Positions 17,505-27,426 of a stretch of 64,000 bases of DNA are shown here, in pieces. Both the position numbers and the translations under genes were made by a program. Within the stretch, counting starts at the first letter, position 1. Each line of letters opens with the position of its first letter. The DNA lies in assembly GCA_965218585.1 (NCBI GenBank), contig CBDCLE010000023.1, forward strand, positions 6,460 through 70,459, in the 5' to 3' direction. The notes under the pieces are model-generated. The model was not told where the DNA came from and did not search any database. It saw only the letters and a program-made list of their open reading frames with translations. This stretch comes from Terriglobia bacterium (GTDB lineage: Bacteria; Acidobacteriota; Terriglobia; 20CM-2-55-15).

Positions 17505-19490
17505 ATGTTCGAAAAGATTCTGATAGCAAACCGGGGTGAAATCGCCTGCCGGGTCATGAAAACCGCGAAGAAGATGGGAATCCGCACGGTGGCCGTGTAT
17601 TCGGATGCCGACCGGGACGCCGTGCACCGGCGGATGGCAGATGAAGCCGTGCGTATAGGCCCGCCGCCCGCAGCCGAGAGCTATCTGGTGGTAAACAACA
17701 TTCTGGACGCGATCAGGGAAACAGGCGCCGAGGCCGTGCATCCCGGCTACGGCTTCCTTTCTGAAAACGCAGCCTTCCGAGAGGCACTCGAGGGCGCTGG
17801 CGTCACCTTTATCGGTCCCGGCGTTGAGGCGATCAACAGCATGGGCGACAAGATCACGTCCAAGAAGCTGGCCGCCGATGCCGGCGTCAATACGATTCCC
17901 GGATTCGGGGAGACAATCGAGAGTGGGGATCATGCCGTAAAAGTGGCGCGTGAAATTGGTTACCCCGTGATGCTGAAGGCCAGCGCGGGTGGTGGCGGAA
18001 AAGGCATGCGCGTTGTGATCAGCGACGAAGAGACACGCGAGGGTTTCGAGCGTGCGACAAACGAGGCTCAGACCAGCTTCGGCGACGGTCGTGTGTTCGC
18101 CGAGAAATTCATCGAACAGCCGCGGCACATCGAAATCCAGGTGCTCGCCGACACGCAGGGGAACACGATCTTTCTGGGCGAACGCGAGTGTTCCATTCAG
18201 CGGCGCCACCAGAAAGTGATCGAAGAGGCCCCGTCGCCTTTCCTGAACAGGTCCACACGAGAAGCAATGGGTAAACAGGCCGTGGCACTAGCCAGATCGG
18301 TGAACTACTGTTCGGCGGGAACGGTTGAATTCATCGTCGATGCCAAGCGTGACTTCTATTTCCTCGAGATGAATACGCGCTTGCAGGTCGAACACCCTGT
18401 GACCGAACTGGTAACCGGCCTGGATCTGGTGGAGTTGATGATTCGTATCGCTGCAGGTGAGGCACTCGACATCCGGCAAAAGGACGTGAAGCTGAAAGGC
18501 TCGGCGATCGAGAGCCGGATCTATGCGGAGGATCCGTTCCGCAATTTCATGCCGTCCACAGGCCGACTGGTGCGCTATCAGGCACCGATTGAGACAAAAG
18601 TCACCCGGATTGATACGGGAATCGAAGAAGGCAGTGAAGTTTCCATGTTTTACGACCCGATGATCGCCAAGCTCATCACCTATGGAGACGACCGGGCCCA
18701 GGCTCTCCGGCGAATGGGCGACGCGCTCGACGCCTACTATATCCGCGGCGTGTCGCATAACATCAGCTTCCTGAACGCTCTGATCGCCCATCCCAGGTTC
18801 ATTAAGGGGAAACTGAGCACGAGTTTCATCGCTGACGAATTCCCTGACGGCTTTCATGCAAACCACGTCCCTCACCACGATCCTGTCCTGCCGGTAGCTG
18901 TCGCCGGAGCCGTCCACCAGAAACATATGCTCCGTGGAGCAGAACTCTCAGGCCAGCTGCCCAGCCACGAACGCCGGGTCGGTGACAGATGGACGGTCAT
19001 TGTCGACAAGAAACACTGGGCCATAACCGCAAGGCCCATTGAGGGCGGTTTCGAGATCAAGCACGGTAAGAGCACTTACAGTGTCATGACGGAATGGGAG
19101 ATTGGTAATCCCTTGTTTCGGGCGGAGATCAACGGCCAACAAGTCTGCTTTCAGATTGACGACGAGGGCGCCCGATATCGGTTGTCACATCGCGGCTCAC
19201 AAGTGGATGCGCTTGTCATAACGCAGAAGGCGGCGGAACTGAACCGTCATATGCTCGAAAAGCAGCCGCCAGATCTTTCGAAGTTTCTGCTGTCGCCAAT
19301 GCCGGGGCTCTTGATCCAGCTCCGGGTGAAGGCGGGTGACCAGGTCAAGGCGGGCGAGGAACTGGCCGTGGTCGAAGCGATGAAAATGGAAAACAGCCTA
19401 CGGTCTTCCGAAGACGTCACTATTCGGAAAACACTCGCAGCCCAAGGGGATAGCCTCGTCGTCGATCAACCGATCTTGGAATTTGAATAA
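17505..19490 (+). CDS. pccA: Propionyl-CoA carboxylase alpha subunit (biotin carboxylase plus BCCP)
   Basis: 661-aa ORF. N-terminus MFEKILIANRGEIACRV, ATP-grasp motif GGGGKGMR, and a C-terminal biotinyl-lysine motif EAMKMEN. Confidence 0.88.
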   Translation: MFEKILIANRGEIACRVMKTAKKMGIRTVAVYSDADRDAVHRRMADEAVRIGPPPAAESYLVVNNILDAIRETGAEAVHPGYGFLSENAAFREALEGAGVTFIGPGVEAINSMGDKITSKKLAADAGVNTIPGFGETIESGDHAVKVAREIGYPVMLKASAGGGGKGMRVVISDEETREGFERATNEAQTSFGDGRVFAEKFIEQPRHIEIQVLADTQGNTIFLGERECSIQRRHQKVIEEAPSPFLNRSTREAMGKQAVALARSVNYCSAGTVEFIVDAKRDFYFLEMNTRLQVEHPVTELVTGLDLVELMIRIAAGEALDIRQKDVKLKGSAIESRIYAEDPFRNFMPSTGRLVRYQAPIETKVTRIDTGIEEGSEVSMFYDPMIAKLITYGDDRAQALRRMGDALDAYYIRGVSHNISFLNALIAHPRFIKGKLSTSFIADEFPDGFHANHVPHHDPVLPVAVAGAVHQKHMLRGAELSGQLPSHERRVGDRWTVIVDKKHWAITARPIEGGFEIKHGKSTYSVMTEWEIGNPLFRAEINGQQVCFQIDDEGARYRLSHRGSQVDALVITQKAAELNRHMLEKQPPDLSKFLLSPMPGLLIQLRVKAGDQVKAGEELAVVEAMKMENSLRSSEDVTIRKTLAAQGDSLVVDQPILEFE

Positions 19491-19496
19491 CGCGGC

Positions 19497-20486
19497 ATGT
19501 CGTCACCCGATGCCAACAAGCTCGCCCAAACCGTCCTCGGCGGGGATCGCCGAGCCCTCGCCCAAGCCATTACCCTGATCGAATCTACCCGCCCTGAAGA
19601 TCGTCAAGGGGCCCATGTCCTTCTGGAAATACTCGTTCCGAAAGCAGGTCAGTCGATTCGAATCGGTATTTCGGGTGCCCCGGGTGTCGGAAAATCTACC
19701 TTCATTGAAAGCCTTGGAAACTACCTGATCGGTGAAGGCCACAAGGTTGCTGTCCTCGCAGTCGATCCCTCTTCGGCCCTCAGCGGAGGATCGATACTCG
19801 GCGACAAGACGCGGATGGAACTGTTGTCACGAAAGCCGGAAGCTTTTATCCGGCCGTCTCCCTCCGGAACGACGTTGGGAGGAGTCACGCGGCGAACCCG
19901 GGAAACGATGCTCGTCGCCGAAGCTGCTGGTTTCGACGTGTTGCTCATCGAAACCGTCGGCGTCGGACAGTCCGAAACCGCCGTCGCCCAAATGACTGAT
20001 ATGTTCATCCTGATGCTGTTGCCGGGAGGCGGGGATGACCTGCAGGGAATCAAGAGGGGCATCGTTGAACTGGCGGACTTGATCCTGGTCAACAAGTCCG
20101 ATGGCGACATGCAGCCGGTTGCCGAACGCTCGGTCACCGACTATCGAAACGGATTGCACTTCTTGCGTCCGCGCAGTGAGCACTGGCAAGTGCCGGTGGA
20201 GGGCTATTCGGCGATCGAGGGTTCAGCTACTCCCCGGGTGTGGGAGATTGTAGAGCAATACCAGAAGGCGCTGGTCGACGCAGGTGAGATCGAACGAAAA
20301 CGTGAGGATCAGGCAAGGGCGTGGATGTGGAGCGAGGTCACCGATGAATTGCTCGATGAGCTCAAGGACGATCCCGACGTGAAGGGAAAGATCGCCGAGC
20401 TCGAGCGGAGGGTCACAGAAGGCAGTTTGTCACCGACTGTGGCCGCACAGGAATTGATCGCCGCTTTCCTGAAGCGAGATAGCTGA
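19497..20486 (+). CDS. meaB: Methylmalonyl-CoA mutase-associated GTPase MeaB, paralog 2
   Basis: 329-aa ORF. Motifs GISGAPGVGKST, DPSSALSGGSILGDKTRM, ETVGVGQSE and NKSDG. It lies in the pcc/mce operon. Confidence 0.85.
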   Translation: MSSPDANKLAQTVLGGDRRALAQAITLIESTRPEDRQGAHVLLEILVPKAGQSIRIGISGAPGVGKSTFIESLGNYLIGEGHKVAVLAVDPSSALSGGSILGDKTRMELLSRKPEAFIRPSPSGTTLGGVTRRTRETMLVAEAAGFDVLLIETVGVGQSETAVAQMTDMFILMLLPGGGDDLQGIKRGIVELADLILVNKSDGDMQPVAERSVTDYRNGLHFLRPRSEHWQVPVEGYSAIEGSATPRVWEIVEQYQKALVDAGEIERKREDQARAWMWSEVTDELLDELKDDPDVKGKIAELERRVTEGSLSPTVAAQELIAAFLKRDS

Positions 20487-20500
20487 CGTTTGTGAGGGTC

Positions 20501-20905
20501 ATGATTGGAAAGCTCAATCACGTGGCAATAGCCGTACCGGATCTCGAGCAGGCGGTCGCCGTCTACAAGGGACTTCTGGGCGCGAGCGTGTCGCCCCCAG
20601 TCGAGCTTCCCGAACACGGCGTGACGACAGTCTTTGTCGAATTGCCCAACACCAAGATCGAACTGCTGCATCCGCTGGGAGAGGACTCACCGATCGGACG
20701 GTTCCTCGAGCGCAATCCTTCGGGAGGAATGCATCACGTCTGCTATGAGGTGGAGGATATTCTCGCGGCCCGTGACAAGCTGACGGCAGCTGGTGCGAGA
20801 GTGCTCGGGGATGGAGAACCGAGTATCGGGGCTCACGGGAAACCCGTGCTGTTTCTGCACCCTAAGGATTTCTGCGGGACGCTGATTGAGCTCGAGCAGG
20901 TCTAG
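20501..20905 (+). CDS. mce: Methylmalonyl-CoA epimerase (VOC/glyoxalase fold)
   Basis: Start taken at MIGKLNHVAIAVPDLEQA; the ORF track offers a GTG at 20492. Other motifs: GMHHVCYEV and LHPKDFCGTLIELEQ. Confidence 0.85.
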   Translation: MIGKLNHVAIAVPDLEQAVAVYKGLLGASVSPPVELPEHGVTTVFVELPNTKIELLHPLGEDSPIGRFLERNPSGGMHHVCYEVEDILAARDKLTAAGARVLGDGEPSIGAHGKPVLFLHPKDFCGTLIELEQV

Positions 20906-20992
20906 AAGCCGCCGGCTATCGAAAATCGCCTTCTCTCCCGACGGCCTGTCCCCAAGCCGGCACACTCCAGCTGATCCCACTTTACTCACTTC

Positions 20993-21071
20993 GAAGATTT
21001 CGCTCGGTTGTTCATTCGGACATCCTGTCCGAACGACCGGCGACGCTCGCGATCATCCTGATCGCAAGCCC
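20993..21071 (+). repeat. Dual-hairpin intergenic repeat, copy C (followed by a T-tract, so terminator-like)
   Basis: GAAGATTTCGCT-CGGTTG-ttca-TTCGGAC-ATCCT-GTCCGAA-CGACCG-GCGACGCTC-GCGATCA-TCC-TGATCGC-AAGCCC, then TTTTTT. It lies 87 nt after the mce stop codon. Confidence 0.9.
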
Positions 21072-21116
21072 TTTTTTCGGACAAGATTGGACGTTGTGGG
21101 GAGAGGCTGTCAGGCA

Positions 21117-22246
21117 CTACCCAAAAACATAAACGACGCCGTCGGTCGAACCGATCACGACCCGGCCATCGGCGATCGCCGGGGACGCGGTCAAGTCGGC
21201 TCCCGTGTTGAACTCCCACAGGTTAGATCCCGTGGTGGCGTCGAGCACGTACAGTCGCCCATCACTCGACCCGACGTAGACACGGCCGCCCGCGATTGCC
21301 GGAGACGAGTCCACGCGAGCGCGTGTCTCGAAGGTCCAGGCTGCTTCGCCGGTCGCGGTGTCAATCGCATGTACGAACTTGTCCCGTCCGCCGAGAATGA
21401 TCCGACCGTCTTCCAGAGCTGCGGAAGAGTAATAGGGAAACTGTCTGTTCGGGTTGCTGTAGCGCCAGAGAACACTTCGGTCGGTGAGGTCCAGCCCCAG
21501 GACTTCGTACTCGAAGGTTCCGAAATAGGCCCGATCGCGATCTAGCAACGGAGAGGCGGCCGTGTAGGCGCCCGCGATAATCTGGTACGCCTCTGTCCCG
21601 TCAGCGACACGGACCGCGCGGAAGATTCCATCGCACCCTGCAATAAACGCCAAACCGTCCTGGACTGCAGGCGTTGCATGCACCATGCTATCGGTCTGAA
21701 GTTTCCAACGGAGACTCCATCACCCGTGTCGAGCGCGTACAGGTGGGTGTCATAGGAACCAATTAGCACGACATCGTCTACGACGACCGGTGACGCCTTG
21801 ATCTCCCCGTCCGTTTGATATGTCCACAGAGGCTGGCCGTCTTCGGTACGCACCGCGTGAACGAACCCGTCGAGATCACCGACGTAGACAGTGCCCTGGT
21901 CGATAGCGGGGGAAGATTCCACGATGAAACTCCCCGTGGAATAGCTCCACTTGAGTTCCCCGGATTCCAGATCAAGAGCAATCAGGTCGCCGTTGCCGAC
22001 GCCCACATACACAACACCGTCTGCGATCGCGGCTGATGAGTCGATGGCATCCCCTGTCTCATAACTCCAGAGCAACTCCAAACTGCTGGGTGGAACCGTA
22101 GCCGCAACACCCGTCAGAGCAGGATCGCCACGAAACTGACTCCAGTTTTTGCTTCGAGCCGGGTCGGGTGTCTGGGCGGACACAGACGCAACCACGCCCA
22201 TGAGGATCAGGAGAACGGATGACTTACGAATCAAACCAGACTTCAT
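21117..22246 (-). pseudogene. PQQ-like beta-propeller protein, paralog 2, with a single-nucleotide frameshift near 21717
   Basis: ORF 21542-22276 reads ..HLYALDTGDG and then goes out of frame. The +2 frame continues SLRWKLQTDSMVHATPAVQDG.. into ORF 21117-21686. One base is missing in GAT-GG(N)-AGT. The signal peptide and the motif KNWSQFRGDPALTGV are present. Confidence 0.75.
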
Positions 22247-22256
22247 TGGTCCATGG

Positions 22257-23720
22257 TTATTCGGCCGACAGCGCAAACAACTGGTTGCGGTTGTTCATGA
22301 ACAATGCCCCGTGCGCTGGAACGACAGTCGAATAGACTGCACTCCCCATGTTCATTTCAGCGAGCACATTTTCATCTCGCCCGTGTTCGAGGACGACGAC
22401 GTCGCCGTCTTCGTCTCCAAGATAGACTCTACCGTCAACTACGAAAGCCGAGCCCCAAATGGCTGCGAAGGTATCGTGAACCCAGTAGGGCTCACCTGTG
22501 GCAGCATCGAGGCAGTGCAGGTAGCCGCTGAAGTCGGCGATATAGACCAGGCCGTCAACAACGGCAGCCGTGGAAATGGAACGACGGATATCCTCGTAGT
22601 GCCAAATGGCGCCGCTTTCTGTAATATCCCCGCTTCGGGTCGCATCGATCGCATAGAAATGCCCGACGCCTTCTCCATGCTCCGGGTCCTGTCCGTTTCC
22701 GATGTAAACACGGTCTTCGTAGATGACAGGCGTTGAGATGACTTCGTTGCGTGTTCGCGGCCACACCGAGTCTTTCGGGTTCGTGTCAAACTCCCACAGC
22801 TTTTCGCCTGTCTCGGCCACGTAGCCACGCACCCACCCGTCACCCTGCGCAGAAACCACCTGGATGACGCCGTCGATCTCGCCCACCGAAGGCGTTGACC
22901 ACTGCCCGTGCAGGATCCGATCTTCGACAGAGTTGTCTTCCCAGACCCACTCGCCCGTGTCTTTGTTGATAGCGACAATCGACGGAGCCAGGGGAGAAGG
23001 CACATTGACATGACTTTCATCATGACCGTTGGACGTGCTTACAAATATCAAATCCTCCCACATGACGGGAGAGGAGTTGGACATGTTGTGCGGGTAAGCA
23101 CCCACTTCTTCCAACATGTCGAATTCCCAGAGGACATCGGCATCGAATTCCCCGGTGCGTTCCTCATCGGTGATCGCGCCATCGTTCTCTCCGTCACGGA
23201 AACCCTGAATGTCCAACGCCGTGACCACTCCGCGATTCGTCGTGTAATAGAGACGCTCGTCCACAACCAATGGTGAGGAGGCTACGCCCTGAAATGGCCA
23301 ATCGTTGGCCCGTCCCGCCTCCAGCTTCGTATGCGTCTGCTGCCACAGGAACTCGCCGTCGGACTCTCGAAACGCCATCAGAACGCCACGATCTCCAGGT
23401 TGATCGGGATCGCGCAACAACTCGTTGTTCGTTCCAACGAAGACCATTCCTCCTGCAACAACGGGATTGCCATAACTCTGTGAACCCAGATCAGCCACCC
23501 ACTTGACGTTACGTCCGGTTTCCACGTCCCACTCCGCCGGCAGACCGGTCATTTCCGACACCATGTTGCGGTCCGCGGTCCCGCCCCACATCGGCCAGTC
23601 TCCGGTTCCCGGCTCTCCGGGCTGCGTTCTCGCCGGAGCGCCCTCGGGGGCACACACCAATGCGATAACGAGAATGACAAAAGGCTTTGAGTTTTTCAAA
23701 AATCGCATATATCTATCCAT
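22257..23720 (-). CDS. PQQ-like beta-propeller protein, paralog 3
   Basis: Start taken at MDRYMRFLKNSKPFVILVIALV (23720), because the longer ORF to 23759 would overlap repeat copy D. N-terminal motif GDWPMWGGTADRNMV. Confidence 0.75.
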   Translation of the reverse strand: MDRYMRFLKNSKPFVILVIALVCAPEGAPARTQPGEPGTGDWPMWGGTADRNMVSEMTGLPAEWDVETGRNVKWVADLGSQSYGNPVVAGGMVFVGTNNELLRDPDQPGDRGVLMAFRESDGEFLWQQTHTKLEAGRANDWPFQGVASSPLVVDERLYYTTNRGVVTALDIQGFRDGENDGAITDEERTGEFDADVLWEFDMLEEVGAYPHNMSNSSPVMWEDLIFVSTSNGHDESHVNVPSPLAPSIVAINKDTGEWVWEDNSVEDRILHGQWSTPSVGEIDGVIQVVSAQGDGWVRGYVAETGEKLWEFDTNPKDSVWPRTRNEVISTPVIYEDRVYIGNGQDPEHGEGVGHFYAIDATRSGDITESGAIWHYEDIRRSISTAAVVDGLVYIADFSGYLHCLDAATGEPYWVHDTFAAIWGSAFVVDGRVYLGDEDGDVVVLEHGRDENVLAEMNMGSAVYSTVVPAHGALFMNNRNQLFALSAE

Positions 23721-23750
23721 TACCTCTGCCTTCCGACCCTTCCCCCCAAC

Positions 23751-23834
23751 GGCTTGCAATCAGGATGATTGGGAGCGTCGCCGGGCTTCTTGCATTCAGA
23801 CGTCCTGTCTGAATGCAAGATCAAGCGAAATCCT
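23751..23834 (-). repeat. Dual-hairpin intergenic repeat, copy D (most diverged; hairpin-1 loop inverted)
   Basis: Its reverse complement reads AGGATTTCGCTTGAT-CTTGCA-TTCAGAC-AGGAC-GTCTGAA-TGCAAG-AAGCCCGGCGACGCTC-CCAATCA-TCC-TGATTG-CAAGCC. It starts 25 nt after the stop of the 740-aa PQQ-like gene. Confidence 0.8.
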
Positions 23835-23859
23835 ATTCTTGCGAGCCTAACTCAAGCCC

Positions 23860-26082
23860 CTAATTCGCCGTTAACACGAAGTTATCCAGATACGCGCCAT
23901 ACTCCGCATCGAGAAACAGTCCCGGCGCACCCTCACGATTCCCAATCGGATCCACTTTGTCGATCAGCCATTCCGACGGCTCTGCCTCGTCGACCTGCCA
24001 CGCCTTGCCCTGGATTCGGACCTGTCCGTCCGGCAGGTTTTCGACACGCACCTTCATCCGATACCACGTATCCGGCTCCCAGCTGAACGGAATAGTCACG
24101 GAGCGCTCGATCTCGGGCTCCCAGGGTTCCAGCTTCAGCTTCTGTGTGGTTCCGTAAAGGACGAGGGAATAGGCCTGGGCCGTGATTCCTACGTCGGCCA
24201 TCTGACGACGACGCGTCGGCGCACGGACGTCCGCCTGGAAAGTGTAGTCCGACCAGTCTGGCGGTCCCAGGAACATCCGAGCCCTTCCGAAGATCGTATT
24301 GTCGGGAGGTTTTTCGAAGACCCGGTCTCCGCCGAGTGTTGAGATCGTAAATCGTCCGGCTTGCGCGTTGACCCAACCCGGAGGCAGATCCCCATCCATA
24401 TAGGAATCGAACCCTTCTTCATAGGGAAGCGGATGAGACACTCGCGCTCTGGATTCTCCTGTCAGTCCACCCGCCACAGCCCGGATCACACCCGCCTGCA
24501 ACTGAGGTTCATTCGAAACAGTAAAAGTTCCGTCCTCACCCACCGTCCCTTCCAAACCGTCCAGTGACCACTCGGCCTCGGTCTCGCTCAGGAACCGACC
24601 CTGACTGTCAAACAGCCGCGCACGAAGACGCACCGTATCCCCCGGATCGAGCACCATTTCAGTCGGCACGACCTGGAGGTGGGTGGGAGCACCTTCCCCC
24701 TGGCCGATGGGCTCATCGACGGCCCATCCCTCGAGCGAAGACGCCTGGGCCGAACCGATGGCGTAGACTGCGTCACTGGTAACAAAGAAAACACGGCCTC
24801 TCGAAACAGCCGCTCCCGCGACGATTTGTTCCGGTGTGCCCTCTGAACTGCAACAACTGTCCGTACTCACCGGCAACTCGACGCGACTCAGAACCTCGGC
24901 ATTCGATTCTCCGGGCCGCACGATGTAGAAGGCTCCTCCGTTTGTCCCGACATAAATTTTGCCGTCTGCCAACACGGGCGCCGCACGCTGGGCATTGCCC
25001 AGGGGCAGTTCCCAAAGCTCGTCGCCGGTTTCGGTATCAAACGCCAGCAGGGTTGATCCTGAATCAATTTGATAGATGCGATCTCCATCGATGACCGGGG
25101 ACGAGTAACCAAGCTCGCGCCCCTTCACATCCCAGATCGTCTCTGTGATCTCCCCCGTACGGCCACCGGCGATGGCCGCGATCATGCCCAGTTCGGTACC
25201 CTCTAGATTTTCATCGCCGTGAGACATGAACACGACGTCGTCCTTAACGACCACGCCTGTGTTGACAGCCCTGCGCGCCGCAGGAAAACTCCAGACAACT
25301 TCGCCGGTTTGGGGTTTGATCGCGTGGACACCACCGTTACCGAGCCCCTGGATCAGCAGCCTCTGACCGCCAATAGTCGCTATCGTGGGCGGCCCATAGG
25401 CCGTGTCGAACGGACGGCTGCCCGGAGCAGATGCGTAAACGATCTCACCCGTCCGCTTGTCGAGCCCCACGAGCCGATGAGCCCGATTCCAGTTCGATCC
25501 CCAGCTCGAAATCGCGGCAGACACGATCACCAGATCGCCGTCGATCAACGGGGAGGCGGTCCGTCCGCCGTGGGTTGTGAAGGCTGCCCATTCCTCGGCA
25601 AACGATCGCTTCCAGAGAAGTTGCCCATCGGAGCTCAAGGCCACGACCATTGCATTGCCGCTCATGGCGTAGATGTTTCCGGTTTCGGGATCTGCAGCAG
25701 GCGAGGCCCAGCCGACGCGGTGGGGCGGTACGTCGCTCTGAAAGATATTGAACCGGTACTCCCAAACTATCTCTCCGGTGTCGACGTCGAGCGCCATCAC
25801 ACGTTCCTGAAGTGCGCTGCCCTGCTCGGCAGGGTTCTGCACGTAGAGACGGTCGCTCATCACGATCGGAGTAGAACGGCCACCGTAAGGAGCGCGCCAG
25901 AGGAAGTTCGCTCCGTTGACCTCCCATGTTTCCGGAAGGCCGGTCTCCAGAGAAGAGCCATCCCGGTGGGGTCCACGGATCTCCGGCCAGTCACCCAGGG
26001 CCACCCGGCCCGGATCCTGTCCGGTTGCGGTCACGGCCACCCCGACCAGCAGTGCCAGGAAGAGGGTCGGTTGTCTCAACAT
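23860..26082 (-). CDS. PQQ-like beta-propeller protein, paralog 4, with an extra C-terminal (Ig-like plus lectin/DUF1080-like) region
   Basis: 740-aa ORF. Signal peptide, then GDWPEIRGPHRDGSS. The roughly 270-aa C-terminal extension (..FDSYMDGDLPPGWVN..WYRMKVRVENL..) is only tentatively assigned. Confidence 0.7.
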   Translation of the reverse strand: MLRQPTLFLALLVGVAVTATGQDPGRVALGDWPEIRGPHRDGSSLETGLPETWEVNGANFLWRAPYGGRSTPIVMSDRLYVQNPAEQGSALQERVMALDVDTGEIVWEYRFNIFQSDVPPHRVGWASPAADPETGNIYAMSGNAMVVALSSDGQLLWKRSFAEEWAAFTTHGGRTASPLIDGDLVIVSAAISSWGSNWNRAHRLVGLDKRTGEIVYASAPGSRPFDTAYGPPTIATIGGQRLLIQGLGNGGVHAIKPQTGEVVWSFPAARRAVNTGVVVKDDVVFMSHGDENLEGTELGMIAAIAGGRTGEITETIWDVKGRELGYSSPVIDGDRIYQIDSGSTLLAFDTETGDELWELPLGNAQRAAPVLADGKIYVGTNGGAFYIVRPGESNAEVLSRVELPVSTDSCCSSEGTPEQIVAGAAVSRGRVFFVTSDAVYAIGSAQASSLEGWAVDEPIGQGEGAPTHLQVVPTEMVLDPGDTVRLRARLFDSQGRFLSETEAEWSLDGLEGTVGEDGTFTVSNEPQLQAGVIRAVAGGLTGESRARVSHPLPYEEGFDSYMDGDLPPGWVNAQAGRFTISTLGGDRVFEKPPDNTIFGRARMFLGPPDWSDYTFQADVRAPTRRRQMADVGITAQAYSLVLYGTTQKLKLEPWEPEIERSVTIPFSWEPDTWYRMKVRVENLPDGQVRIQGKAWQVDEAEPSEWLIDKVDPIGNREGAPGLFLDAEYGAYLDNFVLTAN

Positions 26083-26181
26083 AAGAATTTTCCTTCCGCA
26101 AAAGTGAAGAAACTCTGGGAATCGGAATAGCTAGAAAATATATCGTAGGTAGTTGAGGATTGGGCGAAATTCTGTCAAAAA

Positions 26182-27426
26182 TCAGCGCCCGCGAATGTCG
26201 TACGCCGTGACTGTGCCCTGATCCCGAATATAGAGAGTCCCATCACTGACTACCGGATGGGCACGACTGGGGAAACCCTGGTCAGACATCTCGAATCGGC
26301 CCTTTTCCGAATAGCCGGTCGGCGTAGCTTCAACCAGGCCTACGACATTGTTCTCGCTCAAGATATAAAGATGACCGTCCGCGTAAGCGAGGGAACCCTT
26401 TCCCACGCTACGGTCCCTCCACATCCTTTCTCCGGTCTCGAAATCCAGACACGTCAGAATAGAGTTATTGAATCCGTAGAGATATCCATCGACAACGACG
26501 ACACCACCATGATGGTTCCGCATGTCCCTAGTAAAATAGAGCTCCTCGGCAGCCACCTCTCCGCCCTGGGCTCTGAGTTCCAACAATCCTCCACCCGTCC
26601 CGTAAGCCGAGGTATAGAAAACCTTGTTGTCATAAAAGACAGGCGTCGCGACATTGGCAGTCCTGTTGGCTGGCCGCGTGTATCTCCACATCAGTCGGCC
26701 GTCCGCGGCCCGGAGACCCACACCTGCTTCGCCGGTCAGCGTCATCACCGTTCGAACGCCACCGATGTCGGCAACTATGGGTGAAGCATAGCCCGCCGGG
26801 TCGCTGAACCCCTGGCTGGTCCACATCGTTTCGCCGGTCCGCTTGTCGAGGGCGACCACTCCGGCATCGGAACCTCCCGGCGTAACGATGACCATGTCTC
26901 CGTCGATCAGAGGGGATTCGCTGATCAGCCAACTGATATTGCGACCGCCAAACTCTCGAAGGATGTTGAGTTGCCAGACGATGGAGCCGTCGTCGGCCTC
27001 GAGACACACCAAATCGCCAGTTTCGGTCAGGACGTAAAGCCGATCACCGTCGACGGTCGGCGTTCCCCTCGGTCCGGGGCCTTCCCGGTTTCTGAGCGTT
27101 CCACCGAGAGCACGAGACCAGATCAATCGCCCGTCGGCCCGGTCCAGACTGGCCACAGCGCTCTGCTCCCCGACGAGCATTTGAAGGTAGATTCGGTCTC
27201 CGGCAACAGCCAACGACCCGTATCCGCTGCCGAGACCCTGGGTTCGCCAAAGCTGGGCCGGGCCCGAGGCCGGCCATTCACTCATCAAACCGGACTCTTG
27301 GGAAAGACCGTCGCGGTTTGGCCCGCGCCACTGCGGCCAGTCGGTCAGAGTCAGGGACTGCCCCCCAACGAGGGTCGCCATCCCCACGAAGACCGCGAAG
27401 CTCATCACCCACAGGCGCGCCCGCAT
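26182..27426 (-). CDS. PQQ-like beta-propeller protein, paralog 5
   Basis: Start taken at MRARLWVMSFAVFVGMATLVGG (27426). N-terminal motif TDWPQWRGPNRDGLS. Confidence 0.75.
   Translation of the reverse strand: MRARLWVMSFAVFVGMATLVGGQSLTLTDWPQWRGPNRDGLSQESGLMSEWPASGPAQLWRTQGLGSGYGSLAVAGDRIYLQMLVGEQSAVASLDRADGRLIWSRALGGTLRNREGPGPRGTPTVDGDRLYVLTETGDLVCLEADDGSIVWQLNILREFGGRNISWLISESPLIDGDMVIVTPGGSDAGVVALDKRTGETMWTSQGFSDPAGYASPIVADIGGVRTVMTLTGEAGVGLRAADGRLMWRYTRPANRTANVATPVFYDNKVFYTSAYGTGGGLLELRAQGGEVAAEELYFTRDMRNHHGGVVVVDGYLYGFNNSILTCLDFETGERMWRDRSVGKGSLAYADGHLYILSENNVVGLVEATPTGYSEKGRFEMSDQGFPSRAHPVVSDGTLYIRDQGTVTAYDIRGR

Noticed and set aside
17157-18209. 350-aa ORF on the minus strand
   Set aside because: It is antisense to the 3' end of pccB and the 5' half of pccA. 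It has no recognisable motifs, so it is a shadow ORF.
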